Source: Candidatus Danuiimicrobium aquiferis (lineage in GTDB: Bacteria; Omnitrophota; Omnitrophia; Omnitrophales; Danuiimicrobiaceae). From it: a DNA stretch of 64,000 bases. Every line of letters starts with the position of its first letter. Position 1 is the first letter of the stretch. The stretch spans positions 103,230-167,229 of the forward strand of contig MHFR01000068.1 of the NCBI GenBank assembly GCA_001804285.1, read 5' to 3'. The position numbers and the translations under genes are program-made. Below the pieces are notes generated by a model. That model had not been told where the DNA came from. It saw only the letters and a list, made by a program, of their open reading frames with translations, and searched no databases. This document shows, piece after piece, positions 1 to 10,369 of the stretch.

Positions 1-1
1 C

Positions 2-949
2 CGGCTTCAAATCAGCAATGTCCGGTTTATCAAACGTGCGGATCCGCCCATGTCTCCGAGCGGGCCCGACCGTAAGAAGCTTCTTCTCATTGTCGTTTTA
101 GGATACTTATTTGCCAGCAGTTTGATCGTTATTTTGTTGGATCAATTTGATGATCGGATTAAAGGGCAGGAAGATATTGAAAGATATTTGCATCTTCCGT
201 ATTTGGGACATCTGCCACTTATCCGGAAACAGGATGTAAAGTCGAATCAGGAAAGAGCGCTTTATTCGCATCACAAACCGGATTCGGAAGTGGCCGAAGC
301 GATTCGATATATTCGTGTTGGAATTAATTTTTCTGCGCCGCCTGAAATATTAAGATGCTTACTTGTAACCAGTTCACTTCCGCAGGAAGGAAAATCGTTT
401 ACGGCCGCGAATCTTGCGGTATCCATGGCGCTTGATGGCAATAAAGTGCTTTTAATTGATGCAGATTCGAGGCGACCGGTTGGGCATCGGATTTTTCAAC
501 TTCGTAACGAGGTCGGTTTGATTAATTTCTTAACTTCAAATATTTCATTCGAATCTGTCATCCAACCGTCCGGGGTGAATGAGCATTTGTTTGTTATGCC
601 AAGTGGGCCCACCTCACCCAATCCTTCCGAGCTTTTTGCATCGGGCCGAATGAAGGAACTTGTTCAGTTGGCCCGGACTCAATATGACCGTGTTGTGATT
701 GATGCGCCGCCTTTAACCGGCATTGGTGACGGGTTTGTTTTGGGCGGGGTGGTGGGGCATTTGATTCTTATCGTGATGGCGGGAAAGACAAGCCGTTATG
801 CGGTTTCTGCGATTAAACATCGATTAGTTGATTCCAATATTAAAATTGTCGGTGTGATACTCAACAGTTTGGATGTCGAGCGAGAGCGCTACGGCTATTA
901 TCGTTACCATTATTACACTTACCAGCGTTATTACGGGAAGAAAAAATAA
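2..949 (+). CDS. Wzc-like polysaccharide co-polymerase / BY-family tyrosine kinase, C-terminal part; the 5' end lies outside the window.
   Basis: The frame is open back to base 2. A transmembrane segment (LLLIVVLGYLFASSLIVILL) is followed by a Walker A-like SLPQEGKSFTAANLA motif and a Walker B-like VLLIDADSRRP motif. The C-terminus is a Tyr-rich tail (YGYYRYHYYTYQRYYGKKK), typical of BY-kinase autophosphorylation clusters. Confidence 0.8.
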   Translation, partial: RLQISNVRFIKRADPPMSPSGPDRKKLLLIVVLGYLFASSLIVILLDQFDDRIKGQEDIERYLHLPYLGHLPLIRKQDVKSNQERALYSHHKPDSEVAEAIRYIRVGINFSAPPEILRCLLVTSSLPQEGKSFTAANLAVSMALDGNKVLLIDADSRRPVGHRIFQLRNEVGLINFLTSNISFESVIQPSGVNEHLFVMPSGPTSPNPSELFASGRMKELVQLARTQYDRVVIDAPPLTGIGDGFVLGGVVGHLILIVMAGKTSRYAVSAIKHRLVDSNIKIVGVILNSLDVERERYGYYRYHYYTYQRYYGKKK

Positions 950-961
950 GCCAGGCTCTGT

Positions 962-1197
962 AAAACAAAACGACTTCGCTTTCGTCAGCAAGTTTTGTTT
1001 TGCCGTAATCTAACCCGCCTTTCTCATCGATTTTGTGAATCGACGAGAAAGGCGCTTTGGGCGCAATCAGTTGCGCCCAAAGTTTTGCGCCCTTGTTAAA
1101 TCAGGGCGCAAAAGATAAGCCCTGCGTCGCAAAGATGCAAATCATCTTTGCGCCACAGCTCTTGCGTGCGGAATTTCTCATTAGCGATGAGAAATCC
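962..1197. repeat. Cluster of six consecutive stem-loops in the wzc-ligase intergenic region (962-1001, 1018-1052, 1055-1082, 1084-1112, 1130-1152, 1171-1197).
   Basis: The inverted repeats were read directly, for example ctttgggcgcaa/ttgcgcccaaag, ttttgcgccc/gggcgcaaaa, cctttctcatcgat/atcgacgagaaagg and gcaaagatg/catctttgc. Confidence 0.55.
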
Positions 1198-1219
1198 GGG
1201 CTAAACTTCTCAATCACAT

Positions 1220-3223
1220 ATGTTTATTGAACGCCTATTGATCCATTTTGCATTATTCGAAATTTCCATTTTGATCTTGGTCCTCCCCATTTCTTATGGC
1301 TGGAATCATCTTTTCCGGCTTTCAATCACAAGCTTTATTTTAACTTTGCCGGCTTTTTTGTTGTGTCTCCGGATGGCTTTAAAGGGCAGGTTCCTTTGGT
1401 ATCGGTCTGCTTCAAATGTCTGGTTTACCTTACTTCTCATCGTTGGATTTTTTCAGCTGTCCGGGGCATTTATATTTCCTACGGGAACCAAGTGGTTTCC
1501 GGCATCCTTATATGCTGAAGCTACGGTTGTCGAAACGATAAAATGGTTTTCATTCGGCTCTTTGATTTTCCTTTTTTCAACGTGTTTGCGAGAACGAAAA
1601 GATATTCAGCAGCTTATTCGAGTTTTATATTTTTCAGCCTATGTGGTCGCTCTTATTTTTTTGCTGCAATTTATCGCAGGGAAGTCATTTGTTCGCGGAT
1701 GGGTCATCCAATATCCTTGGCTTTCGTTTTTTGGGATTCATTCCAACCGGAATTATTTAGCTGCTTATTTCGGAATGATGATTCCGATGGTTGTGTCGGG
1801 GTTGATTTATCGTATTCTTCGGCATGAGGATCGTTTGCACGCGGGGAGTTTGCATTATTTAGGCGATTCTAAATTGTTGTTTCAATTTTCGCTGCTGATT
1901 TTTCTCACGGCCTCATTTTTTCTGACGGGTTCCAGAACGTCAGTTTTCAGTTTTGTGATTATGGTTTTGTGTTTCGGGTTGCTGTCTGTTTTGAAAAAAC
2001 AAAAGAAAAAAAATATCGCCATTGTTTTGATGATTGGGGCAGTTTTGTGCTTTATTTTACTGTTGTGGCTCGGAAAGACTTTTTTGATTCAAAGTCATCG
2101 GATTTTAGGAGATCTCGATGCCTACCGACATTTGCATGGACGATTTCCGATATGGAATAATGCATTTCAATTGTTTAAAGTGTTTCCGGCATTTGGTGTG
2201 GGACTTGGTGTTTTTTCTTCAGCATTTTCCAACTTGCATATCATTCGATCCAATGTATTAACTCAGCATGTGTTAAACGATTACTTGGAAATTTTGACAG
2301 AAACAGGACTGATCGGTTTTTTGTGTATTGTATTTGGTTGTTTCTTTATGGTTGTGAAAGGGATTTTTGCTTTTCGGAAAACAGAAAGCCGGTTTAAAGG
2401 AATAATGGGAGCGGGTTGCTTGTTCAGCTTGATGATGTGTGCGATTCATGGCATGACCGTGTCGAATTTTTATGATTTAAATAATTCCTTTTTCATTTTA
2501 TTGATCTTATGCCTCTTTATGAATTTGCCCACGCTATCAAGACGTCCGATCAATGATGATTATGAAGTGGCGCAAAATAATGTACGGCATATCGATATTC
2601 CTTCCCGCGCGATGCGGGGAATCCTTTTAATTTTTCTTGTTGTAGGGTTTTGTTTTTTTTCTTACCAGGTTTTTAAGATTGGGGTGAGCGATTATTTTGT
2701 GAGCCGCGATACGATGGATGACTTAAAAAAAGCATCGCGAATTAATCATCATGATGCCGAAATTCCAGCGCGTATCGCAGAGAAATATTTTATCAAATCG
2801 AATTTGGCAGGGGGAATGCCCGAAGAAAAAAGCCGGAATTGTGCACTTGCGAGATCTTATTTCGAAGAAGCGCGAAAATTGAATCCGTATAATAGTCACT
2901 ATTGGTTCCGTGTTCTGGAAATGGATCGAGAGCTTGGACAGTTTGAAGTCGGCCTTATGGAGTTCGAAAAATATTTTCAACTGGTTCCGTTTGATGTGAA
3001 AGCGTATGTTGATTATGCAACAATGTGTTTTGCATATTCGTCAGGTTTGAATATTAAAGAGAATGAAAACGTTTATTTCGATAAAGGTCTCTGGGCTGTT
3101 CGCAAGGCTCTGAAGCTCGATGTGTCCCGCTCAATTTTATTTTTTAAAGATGTTTCGAATACATGGCCATCTGAGATTATGTCCCGAGTTCAGGAATTGA
3201 CACGGCTTAAAATTATGAGATAA
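1220..3223 (+). CDS. O-antigen ligase/polymerase (Wzy/WaaL-like) polytopic membrane protein with a C-terminal soluble TPR-like domain.
   Basis: The 667 aa ORF has about 12 hydrophobic helices in the first ~430 aa. The tail is hydrophilic with TPR-like helices (RSYFEEARKLNPYNSHYWFRVLE...). It sits in a glycan-biosynthesis locus. Confidence 0.65.
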   Translation: MFIERLLIHFALFEISILILVLPISYGWNHLFRLSITSFILTLPAFLLCLRMALKGRFLWYRSASNVWFTLLLIVGFFQLSGAFIFPTGTKWFPASLYAEATVVETIKWFSFGSLIFLFSTCLRERKDIQQLIRVLYFSAYVVALIFLLQFIAGKSFVRGWVIQYPWLSFFGIHSNRNYLAAYFGMMIPMVVSGLIYRILRHEDRLHAGSLHYLGDSKLLFQFSLLIFLTASFFLTGSRTSVFSFVIMVLCFGLLSVLKKQKKKNIAIVLMIGAVLCFILLLWLGKTFLIQSHRILGDLDAYRHLHGRFPIWNNAFQLFKVFPAFGVGLGVFSSAFSNLHIIRSNVLTQHVLNDYLEILTETGLIGFLCIVFGCFFMVVKGIFAFRKTESRFKGIMGAGCLFSLMMCAIHGMTVSNFYDLNNSFFILLILCLFMNLPTLSRRPINDDYEVAQNNVRHIDIPSRAMRGILLIFLVVGFCFFSYQVFKIGVSDYFVSRDTMDDLKKASRINHHDAEIPARIAEKYFIKSNLAGGMPEEKSRNCALARSYFEEARKLNPYNSHYWFRVLEMDRELGQFEVGLMEFEKYFQLVPFDVKAYVDYATMCFAYSSGLNIKENENVYFDKGLWAVRKALKLDVSRSILFFKDVSNTWPSEIMSRVQELTRLKIMR

Positions 3224-3254
3224 TAAGATCAAGAAATTTTGTTAATTTTGTAAG

Positions 3255-4199
3255 TTGTTGTCAATAAACAAGTTAAGATATTTCGCTCCTATAAAGTTAC
3301 CTCCAGAATTATATTTCCGGGGTTGTATGACTTCAAAATGTAAAGAAAAATTTATTACTAATCCACCGGATCTTCTTTCCGGTGTAAGATATATTGTTGC
3401 AGTCGCAAGCGGGAAGGGCGGCGTTGGTAAATCCACCGTAGCGTCAAATCTTGCGCTTGGCGTGTCGAAATTCGGCTCGAAAGTGGCGATTCTTGACTGT
3501 GATATTTATGGGCCTAGTATTCCCTTAATGTTTGGCTTATTGAATAGCTCGGTGAAAATGAATGCAGAACAAAAAATGTTTCCGCTGGAATCACACGGTG
3601 TTAAATTGATGTCACTGGGATTTGTTTCTAATGATCAGACCCCGATCATTTGGCGCGGGCCGATGGTTCACCAAATTCTTATTCAATTTCTATCGTCTAT
3701 TGTGTGGGGCGATTTGGATTATTTATTTTTGGATTTACCTCCCGGAACAGGCGATGCGCAATTGACGATTACGCAGTCAATCCGGTTGAGCGGGGCCGTT
3801 ATTGTAACAACGCCTCAAGAAGTGAGCCTGATTGATGCGCGGAAGGCTTTAAAAATGTTTCAGAAGGTGAATGTGCCGGTTTTGGGTTTGATTGAAAATA
3901 TGAGTTATTTTATTTGTCCAGATTGCGCAAAGACTTCTGAGATTTTCAAACGCGGCGGCGGCCGTCGAATTAGCGAAGAACTTCAAGTGCCTTTTCTCGG
4001 AGAAATTCCGATTGATTCTGAGGTTGTGAAATCGGGGGATGAGGGAACCCCGATAGTTGCCAAGCAACCCGATTCGGTGGTTTCGAAAAGATATTCAGAA
4101 ATTGGGATTGCGATCGGAATACAACTTAAAGTCATGGAGCGTAATCGTCATCGCGACAAGAATGATTTGGTCCAGATTGAAATGAAGAAAAATAAATAA
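3255..4199 (+). CDS. apbC: Mrp/ApbC/NBP35-family Fe-S cluster carrier ATPase. The likely true start is the ATG at 3327 (MTSKC...).
   Basis: It has a deviant Walker A (VAVASGKGGVGKST) and the CPDC metal-binding motif (ICPDCAKTSEIF). Confidence 0.88.
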   Translation: MLSINKLRYFAPIKLPPELYFRGCMTSKCKEKFITNPPDLLSGVRYIVAVASGKGGVGKSTVASNLALGVSKFGSKVAILDCDIYGPSIPLMFGLLNSSVKMNAEQKMFPLESHGVKLMSLGFVSNDQTPIIWRGPMVHQILIQFLSSIVWGDLDYLFLDLPPGTGDAQLTITQSIRLSGAVIVTTPQEVSLIDARKALKMFQKVNVPVLGLIENMSYFICPDCAKTSEIFKRGGGRRISEELQVPFLGEIPIDSEVVKSGDEGTPIVAKQPDSVVSKRYSEIGIAIGIQLKVMERNRHRDKNDLVQIEMKKNK

Positions 4200-4223
4200 A
4201 TCATATTTGACGAAGAGGGCACT

Positions 4224-4796
4224 ATGTCTGACGAAACGAATGAACTTAAAATAGAATCTTTAATCAAGGAAATGTTGGTTCAATTGGGAGAAAACCCGAA
4301 TCGTGAAGGATTGCTCAAAACGCCAAAGCGTGTTGCGGCCTCTTTCAAATATTTAACACGCGGGTATAGGCAAGATATTGATCAGGTGGTGAACGGCGCC
4401 ATTTTTCAGGAAAATTATGATGAAATGGTGCTCGTGAAAGAAATTGATCTTTTTAGTTTGTGTGAACATCATCTCCTTCCGTTTTATGGGAAAGTACATG
4501 TTGCGTATTTTCCGAATGGCAAAGTGATCGGACTGAGTAAAATCCCCCGGATTGTTGATGTTTTCGCCCAGAGGTTACAACTTCAAGAGCGGCTGACGAG
4601 TCAAATTGCAGACTGTCTGATGCATTATTTGAATCCCAAAGGGGTCGCAGTTGTGATTGAAGCTTACCATTTATGTATGGCCATGCGGGGGGTGGAGAAA
4701 AAGGATGCATTTTGTACGACGAGTGCCATGCTGGGTATGTTTCGCAAAGATCCGCGCTCGAGAGCGGAATTTTTGAATTTAATTGCGCGGAAATAA
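4224..4796 (+). CDS. folE: GTP cyclohydrolase I.
   Basis: It carries the FolE signatures [19 protein letters not shown] and [46 protein letters not shown]. Confidence 0.92.
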   Translation: MSDETNELKIESLIKEMLVQLGENPNREGLLKTPKRVAASFKYLTRGYRQDIDQVVNGAIFQENYDEMVLVKEIDLFSLCEHHLLPFYGKVHVAYFPNGKVIGLSKIPRIVDVFAQRLQLQERLTSQIADCLMHYLNPKGVAVVIEAYHLCMAMRGVEKKDAFCTTSAMLGMFRKDPRSRAEFLNLIARK

Positions 4797-4815
4797 TTCT
4801 TAGGAAATCAACGGT

Positions 4816-5913
4816 TTATTGTTTTGTTTCTTCTTTTTTTAAATTTTCAATCTGTTTTTCAAGTTCTTCTACGCGTTTTTTGAGCTCCCTTACCGTTTGT
4901 GTTGTTTCTGCGATTCGGAGTTGTGCACCGACTTGTTTTCGCATTTCCTGATAAGGCCGGGCAGGTGTGCCGATCCATATTTGCTTGGGCGGGATTTTCT
5001 TTCCGGGCGGAACGCCGGATTCCGCTCCCAGCATGACTTGATCTCCGATTTCGACATGATCCGCTAAGCCGACACGGCCGCCCATGGTGACAAAATTTCC
5101 GACTTTCGAACTTCCTGCGATTCCGGTTTGAGCGGATAAACAACTGTGCTGACCGATCTCGACATTATGTGCGATTTGAACAAGGTTATCGATCTTTGTG
5201 CCCTTACCGATGATCGTTGAGCCGATCGTAGCGCGGTCGATTGTCACACAACCGCCGATTTCGACGTCGTCCTCAATAATTACATTACCTACTTGCGGAA
5301 CTTTTAAATGTTTTTGACCGTCAAAAACATAGCCAAACCCGTCTGTCCCAATCACTGTGCCCGCATGAATGGCAACGTTATGGCCAATCTTTGTGTTTGG
5401 ATATAGCACGACGCCGGGATGAATCACCGTATTTTTACCGATGGAAGTTCCTTCATCGATATACGAATGGGAGCGGATGACAGAATCCTCATCTATTGTC
5501 ACGTTTTCGCCGATATATGAAAATGGTTCAATCGTGACATTTTTACCGATTTTAGCGCTTTTAGCGATAAATGCTTGATTGGAAATGATTTTCGGAAATG
5601 TACGGGCTGGATTAAAAAGACCAAGCACAATAGCCCAAGCCACTTTTGGGTGAGGATGTTGGATAACAGGTTTTACGGTCGATTGAATTTCTGGAGGAAC
5701 AATTAAGGCCGCAAGACAGGTTTTCTCGATTTCAGATAGTTTTTTTGCATCCGTGATATAAGCAAGGCAACCTTCTTTAGGAGATTCAATGCTGGTGATG
5801 CCGATAATTTCGATATCACCATTACCGACAATGGTTCCTTTGATTAGGATAGCAATCTCATTTAATGTTTTTTCCATGAGGGACATTATAAAGGGCATGT
5901 TTCTTCTTGTCAA
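4816..5913 (-). CDS. lpxD: UDP-3-O-acylglucosamine N-acyltransferase.
   Basis: An N-terminal LpxD-type domain is followed by a long run of hexapeptide left-handed beta-helix repeats and a C-terminal coiled-coil tail. It is convergent with folE. Confidence 0.88.
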   Translation of the reverse strand: MTRRNMPFIMSLMEKTLNEIAILIKGTIVGNGDIEIIGITSIESPKEGCLAYITDAKKLSEIEKTCLAALIVPPEIQSTVKPVIQHPHPKVAWAIVLGLFNPARTFPKIISNQAFIAKSAKIGKNVTIEPFSYIGENVTIDEDSVIRSHSYIDEGTSIGKNTVIHPGVVLYPNTKIGHNVAIHAGTVIGTDGFGYVFDGQKHLKVPQVGNVIIEDDVEIGGCVTIDRATIGSTIIGKGTKIDNLVQIAHNVEIGQHSCLSAQTGIAGSSKVGNFVTMGGRVGLADHVEIGDQVMLGAESGVPPGKKIPPKQIWIGTPARPYQEMRKQVGAQLRIAETTQTVRELKKRVEELEKQIENLKKEETKQ

Positions 5914-6097
5914 ATCCGGTCGGAAGCTAAGACGATCTGCGATTATATTGATTTTTAGCCAATTTCCGAGAAAAGAGAGGAAGAATTCAAGGGCGATACT
6001 GAAGATAATTTTTTGAAAGCGGAATGAAAATGTTTAATTTCAAGTGTTTGATAAATTTAAAAGCAACTTATAAATTGTATCATCCGGATGTTTTTAT

Positions 6098-7273
6098 ATG
6101 AAAAAAATTCTGGCTATTTTAGGGCGGGTCGGGACGACATATGGTGGTGCCGAACTTCATATGCTGGAACTCTGTTCGTTTTTGAAACTCAAGTACGAAA
6201 TAAGAGTAGCGGCGGAGTTTGTTCAAGATGAATATCGTCATGTATTTTCGAGCTTAGTGTTTCGTCGTCTAAAAATCACCTCATTTTTTTATTTTTTGCG
6301 CCAAAAACTGAAATTTCGTGGATTCGGAAGATTAGGCATGTGGGTTGATGCTTGCTATAAATTCTTTCAATTGATCAAATATAGCAAAGGTTCTGACGCG
6401 ATTATGACTCCCTATTATAGCTATGATAATTCATTGGTTTTAGCTGCTGTTTGGTTGTCGAAATTAATCAAGAAGCCCCTTATTTTACGGCTGTTTGCCC
6501 ATTTTTCAACTTTCGGAAGTGATGAATTCAAAAGAAGATCGAAAGCTTTTTGGGAAAGTTCATTTCTTAAATACATTTATAAGAATTCAAATTTTATTAT
6601 AGTTTGCACGCAAGCAGAGAAAAAGTGGCTTTCTCAATTTGTGTTGCCGTCGAAACTTGCTATCGTTGGAGTATCGCCCTATTTGGTTGAGTCGGGACAG
6701 CGTATTTCGGTTAGAAAAAAATTAAATATTGAGAAAGAGATGGTGCTGTTCATTGGCCGGAAACAGTTGTACAAAGGATTCGGGGTATTATTGGAAGCGG
6801 CTCAATTAGTCTGGAAATCATTCGATCGATGTTGTTTTGTTTTTATAGGGGCTGATACGGTTGATTCTCATTGTTTGTTTGAGAACGTTTGTGATACAAG
6901 GATTATCAATTTAGGTCTTGTGTCGCAAGAGGATAAACTTGCGGCATTATCCGAATGTGATATTTTTTGTATGCCTTCGCAAGCCGAGAGCTTCGGGATT
7001 GTCTTTTTGGAGGCATGGGCTTTTAAGAAGCCCGTTATTGCGGCTGAATTAGAGCCGTTACGTGATATCATTAAGCACCGAGAGAACGGTTTCCTAATTC
7101 AGCCTGACGCTGTGAGCGTTGCCAATGCGATCATAGAATTGCTTAAAGATTCCGGCTTGCGGAATCGACTGGGAGAAAACGGATATCGATTGTTTCACGA
7201 AGAATATTCTTCTGACGTTATTTCGCGAAAGTATTTGGCCTTGTTTGATGAATGGTTGAATAAGGAAAAGTAG
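6098..7273 (+). CDS. Glycosyltransferase family 1 (GT4-type).
   Basis: The C-terminal GT-B motif FCMPSQAESFGIVFLEAWAFKKPVIAAE is present. Confidence 0.8.
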   Translation: MKKILAILGRVGTTYGGAELHMLELCSFLKLKYEIRVAAEFVQDEYRHVFSSLVFRRLKITSFFYFLRQKLKFRGFGRLGMWVDACYKFFQLIKYSKGSDAIMTPYYSYDNSLVLAAVWLSKLIKKPLILRLFAHFSTFGSDEFKRRSKAFWESSFLKYIYKNSNFIIVCTQAEKKWLSQFVLPSKLAIVGVSPYLVESGQRISVRKKLNIEKEMVLFIGRKQLYKGFGVLLEAAQLVWKSFDRCCFVFIGADTVDSHCLFENVCDTRIINLGLVSQEDKLAALSECDIFCMPSQAESFGIVFLEAWAFKKPVIAAELEPLRDIIKHRENGFLIQPDAVSVANAIIELLKDSGLRNRLGENGYRLFHEEYSSDVISRKYLALFDEWLNKEK

Positions 7274-7411
7274 ATAATTCATAGAAAATGACGTGGTGCA
7301 AATGAAAAATATTCCAAAACAAGAAGTTTATTTACATTGAGGGAAATCGTATTCACAAAGGCGTAAAGCGTAGTTGCTCATGTCTTTTGAGGGAACACTT
7401 GGGTGTGAAGA

Positions 7412-8329
7412 ATGAAATTTAGTATTATTATTCCAGTTTATAATGGGCTTGATTTTTTGAAAGATGCTATCGATAGCGTTATTGAGCAGACATTTTCTGA
7501 CTATGAAATCATTATCGTCGATGATTTTTCAGAACAGGATATTGAGGAGTTCCTCAAAAGCAACTACTCTGAATTCCTTGCGAAACAGGCAGTCCGATAT
7601 TTCAGGAATTCAAAAAGGATGGAGCGGTCTTTTAGTCGTAATTGCGGTGTCGAATATGCGCGGGGAGAAATTTTGGCATTTCTTGATCACGATGACTGTT
7701 TTAAGAAAAATCATTTATCGGAAGTTTACGAGGCCTTTTTAAAATACCCCGACATAGAACTAGTTTATTCTGTCCTTGAAGAATTGATTGATTATTCAAA
7801 TCGCGTTGTGTCTTTTAGCCCACACAAATTCAAAGATCAAGATCTAATTCAAGCAGCTTTGCAAGCTTCGTTTATTACATCGGGTATTTCTATCAAAAAA
7901 AAATCTTTCTTTCGAATCGGCCGGTTCGAAGAACGTTTAACTCAAAGAGAAGATTATGAGTTGCTGTGCCGCGGATTGATGGAGTGCGACTTAAGGGTTA
8001 TGTTGTTATGGGGGAATTCAATTCAAGTCAGGAGAGTCAAAAAGCCGGGGCGGTCATCAAGGAAATACATTCCAGACGATCCGTATCTGGAAAATACAAA
8101 GTTAGCAAAAAAAATCATCGGACAATATCAGTTTATGCATGATTGCCAGAAAGCAAGGCACTATCTTCCATATTTATATTATGAAGTAGCGAACGTTTCC
8201 ATTACCTATCACGATTTGAGCTATGCTTTTAGGGTGATATTGAAATTAATAATGATGAAACCTTTTGGCTTCGGTTATATTAAACTTGTCATGCGCTGGC
8301 TATATCATCGATTAGCGTTAGAAGCCTAA
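7412..8329 (+). CDS. Glycosyltransferase family 2.
   Basis: The N-terminal GT-A signature KFSIIIPVYNGLDFLKDAIDSVIEQTFSDYEIIIVDDFS and a DHDD motif are present. Confidence 0.8.
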   Translation: MKFSIIIPVYNGLDFLKDAIDSVIEQTFSDYEIIIVDDFSEQDIEEFLKSNYSEFLAKQAVRYFRNSKRMERSFSRNCGVEYARGEILAFLDHDDCFKKNHLSEVYEAFLKYPDIELVYSVLEELIDYSNRVVSFSPHKFKDQDLIQAALQASFITSGISIKKKSFFRIGRFEERLTQREDYELLCRGLMECDLRVMLLWGNSIQVRRVKKPGRSSRKYIPDDPYLENTKLAKKIIGQYQFMHDCQKARHYLPYLYYEVANVSITYHDLSYAFRVILKLIMMKPFGFGYIKLVMRWLYHRLALEA

Positions 8330-8345
8330 TTGCCGATAAATAGTA

Positions 8346-8497
8346 TTTGTTTAGCGCTTTGAAGTGATTATCTATAAAAGGTCGTCCGCTTTTTTGTCAT
8401 TCCCGCGAAAGCGGGAATCCAGCAACTATGGATGCCCGCTTAAAGCATGCGGGCATGACACGAACTGGCGTGTTCACCACTTCAAAACGCTAAATAG
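8346..8497. mobile_element. MITE-like element. Imperfect ~17-bp terminal inverted repeats (8350-8366 and 8478-8494) flank two internal hairpins.
   Basis: The terminal inverted repeats were read directly. The core contains the GTCATTCCCGC-GCGGGAATCC hairpin (8396-8420) and a second hairpin, ATGCCCGC/GCGGGCAT (8430-8459). The same core recurs at 37281 inside the giant ORF. Confidence 0.5.
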
Positions 8498-8543
8498 ACA
8501 CGATAAATAAGGATTGTGGGTTTAAATAAGGAAAGAAAGGAAA

Positions 8544-10364
8544 TTGATGAGAAGACAGTATTACAGGCTAAAGAGGTATCTCCAATTTTTAAATTCTTTA
8601 TCAGTGAAACCCGTTTATTTTTTGATTCCTGCCTTTTTTGCTTTATTGGCTTCATTGTTTGAAGGGATTAGTGTCGGATTGCTTGTCCCTTTGGCTCAGT
8701 CAATTATTAGCAGAGATTTTGAATCTATCCAAAATATCCCCGTATTTTCTAATTTAATTAAACTAATTCCTTTTATTTCATTAAAACAGTCGTATTTATT
8801 TTCGTTTTTGATCGGGGTTATTTTAATTGCGGCAATATTTAAAAACATTTTGCAATACGGTTCAGTTGTGTCTGGCGCCTTTGTCGTTCGACGTTTTGCG
8901 AACAATCTTAGGAAGCTCATTTTTGGCCGTTATTTGAGTTTTGGAAAATTATTTTTTGATCGAAATAACACCGGCCAACTTCATCATATCCTCATGGCGT
9001 TCACACAGGAGATTGCGGCAAACTTGTTGGAATTGGTCCATATGCTTAATTCTTTATTTATGATGGTTGTATATTTAGTGATTATGTTTTTAATTTCTTG
9101 GAAATTAAGCTTGATTACTATATTTTTGTTTCCTGTTTTGCACTTTAGTTTGGAGTGGATTATCAAAAAAGTAAATATTGCTTCAGAGGCATATGCGCAG
9201 TCTCAGAAAGCGCTTAGTGAGAAGATTTATAATGTCCTCTCGTGTATCCCTCTCGTTAAATCGTATGCCTGTGAGGCGGATGAGTCGAAACGCTTTGGAG
9301 AAATGAGCAATTCAGTGGAATGCTTGCAATTGAATATCGATCGAAAACATAAGCTTATTCAACCTTTGCAGGAAATTATCATGTTATTGGCTTTTATTTT
9401 ATTAATCATTGGAATGGCTTTTATGATGATGACGAGGGCGGAACATCGTTCGATCGGTAGTTTTTTAATTTTCTTTTATGTGATTCGCCGAGCATCTAAT
9501 TGTTTTGGTGTGGTTGAACGGATGCGTTCCTCTATGGCTGTCGTTCGCGGTGCGCTATCTTCAGTCGCTAAAATATTTGACGATAAAGATAAACATTTTA
9601 TTCCCAACGGGACGGTGATTTTCGATGGAATTAAAAAGAATATGATGATTGAAAATTTAAATTTTGCTTATGATGAGAAAATCCCTATTTTAAAAGGGAT
9701 GAATCTTACGATTGAAAGAGGGAAAATGGCGGCGATTGTCGGCCCAACAGGTGTCGGGAAAACGACACTTATTCATTTGATGATGCGTTTTTATGATAGC
9801 ATGCCCGGCGAGATTAAAATTGATGATATAGACATACGCGAGTTCGATCTAAAGTCCCTCAGAAATAAGATTGCAATCGTAAGCCAGGACGTGCATTTAT
9901 TTAATGATACCATCCGAGCAAATTTAATTTACGGATTGCCACGGGAGGTAGGTGAGGATGAACTGGTTGAAGTAGCCAAAAAAGCAAGGCTTTATGAATT
10001 TATTGAAAAATTGCCACTGCAATTCAATTCATTCGTGGGTGACCGCGGAGTCCGTCTGTCAGGGGGTGAGAAACAGCGGGTTTCCATAGCCCGAGCGCTT
10101 TTAAAACACGCTGATATTCTCATTCTTGATGAAGCGACAAGTGCGCTGGATACCGCTACTGAGAAATTGATCCAACGAGCGATCGAAGAGTTGATCTGCG
10201 ATAGAACCACCATTGTTATTGCACATCGGCTTTCAACGATTAAGAATGCGGACAAGATAGTTGTGATGGAAGGTGGTGCTGTAGCTGAAGAAGGAACTCT
10301 TGAGGAATTGCTTAAGCGGAAAGAGAAATTTTATCGTTATTGGGAAGAACAAAAGTTTTATTAA
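8544..10364 (+). CDS. Fused TMD-NBD ABC exporter (MsbA/PglK-like), a candidate lipid-linked glycan flippase.
   Basis: Six N-terminal TM helices are followed by Walker A (GPTGVGKTT), the ABC signature (LSGGEKQRVSIARAL) and Walker B (ILILDEATSALD). The gene is embedded among glycosyltransferases. Confidence 0.88.
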   Translation: MMRRQYYRLKRYLQFLNSLSVKPVYFLIPAFFALLASLFEGISVGLLVPLAQSIISRDFESIQNIPVFSNLIKLIPFISLKQSYLFSFLIGVILIAAIFKNILQYGSVVSGAFVVRRFANNLRKLIFGRYLSFGKLFFDRNNTGQLHHILMAFTQEIAANLLELVHMLNSLFMMVVYLVIMFLISWKLSLITIFLFPVLHFSLEWIIKKVNIASEAYAQSQKALSEKIYNVLSCIPLVKSYACEADESKRFGEMSNSVECLQLNIDRKHKLIQPLQEIIMLLAFILLIIGMAFMMMTRAEHRSIGSFLIFFYVIRRASNCFGVVERMRSSMAVVRGALSSVAKIFDDKDKHFIPNGTVIFDGIKKNMMIENLNFAYDEKIPILKGMNLTIERGKMAAIVGPTGVGKTTLIHLMMRFYDSMPGEIKIDDIDIREFDLKSLRNKIAIVSQDVHLFNDTIRANLIYGLPREVGEDELVEVAKKARLYEFIEKLPLQFNSFVGDRGVRLSGGEKQRVSIARALLKHADILILDEATSALDTATEKLIQRAIEELICDRTTIVIAHRLSTIKNADKIVVMEGGAVAEEGTLEELLKRKEKFYRYWEEQKFY

Positions 10365-10369
10365 TTTAG

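Noticed and set aside
1543-2980. Short ORFs 1543..1827, 1969..2160 and 2723..2980 (-).
   Set aside because: They are fully nested in alternative frames or strand of the 667-aa ligase/polymerase gene, and their composition is typical of frame-shifted membrane-protein sequence.
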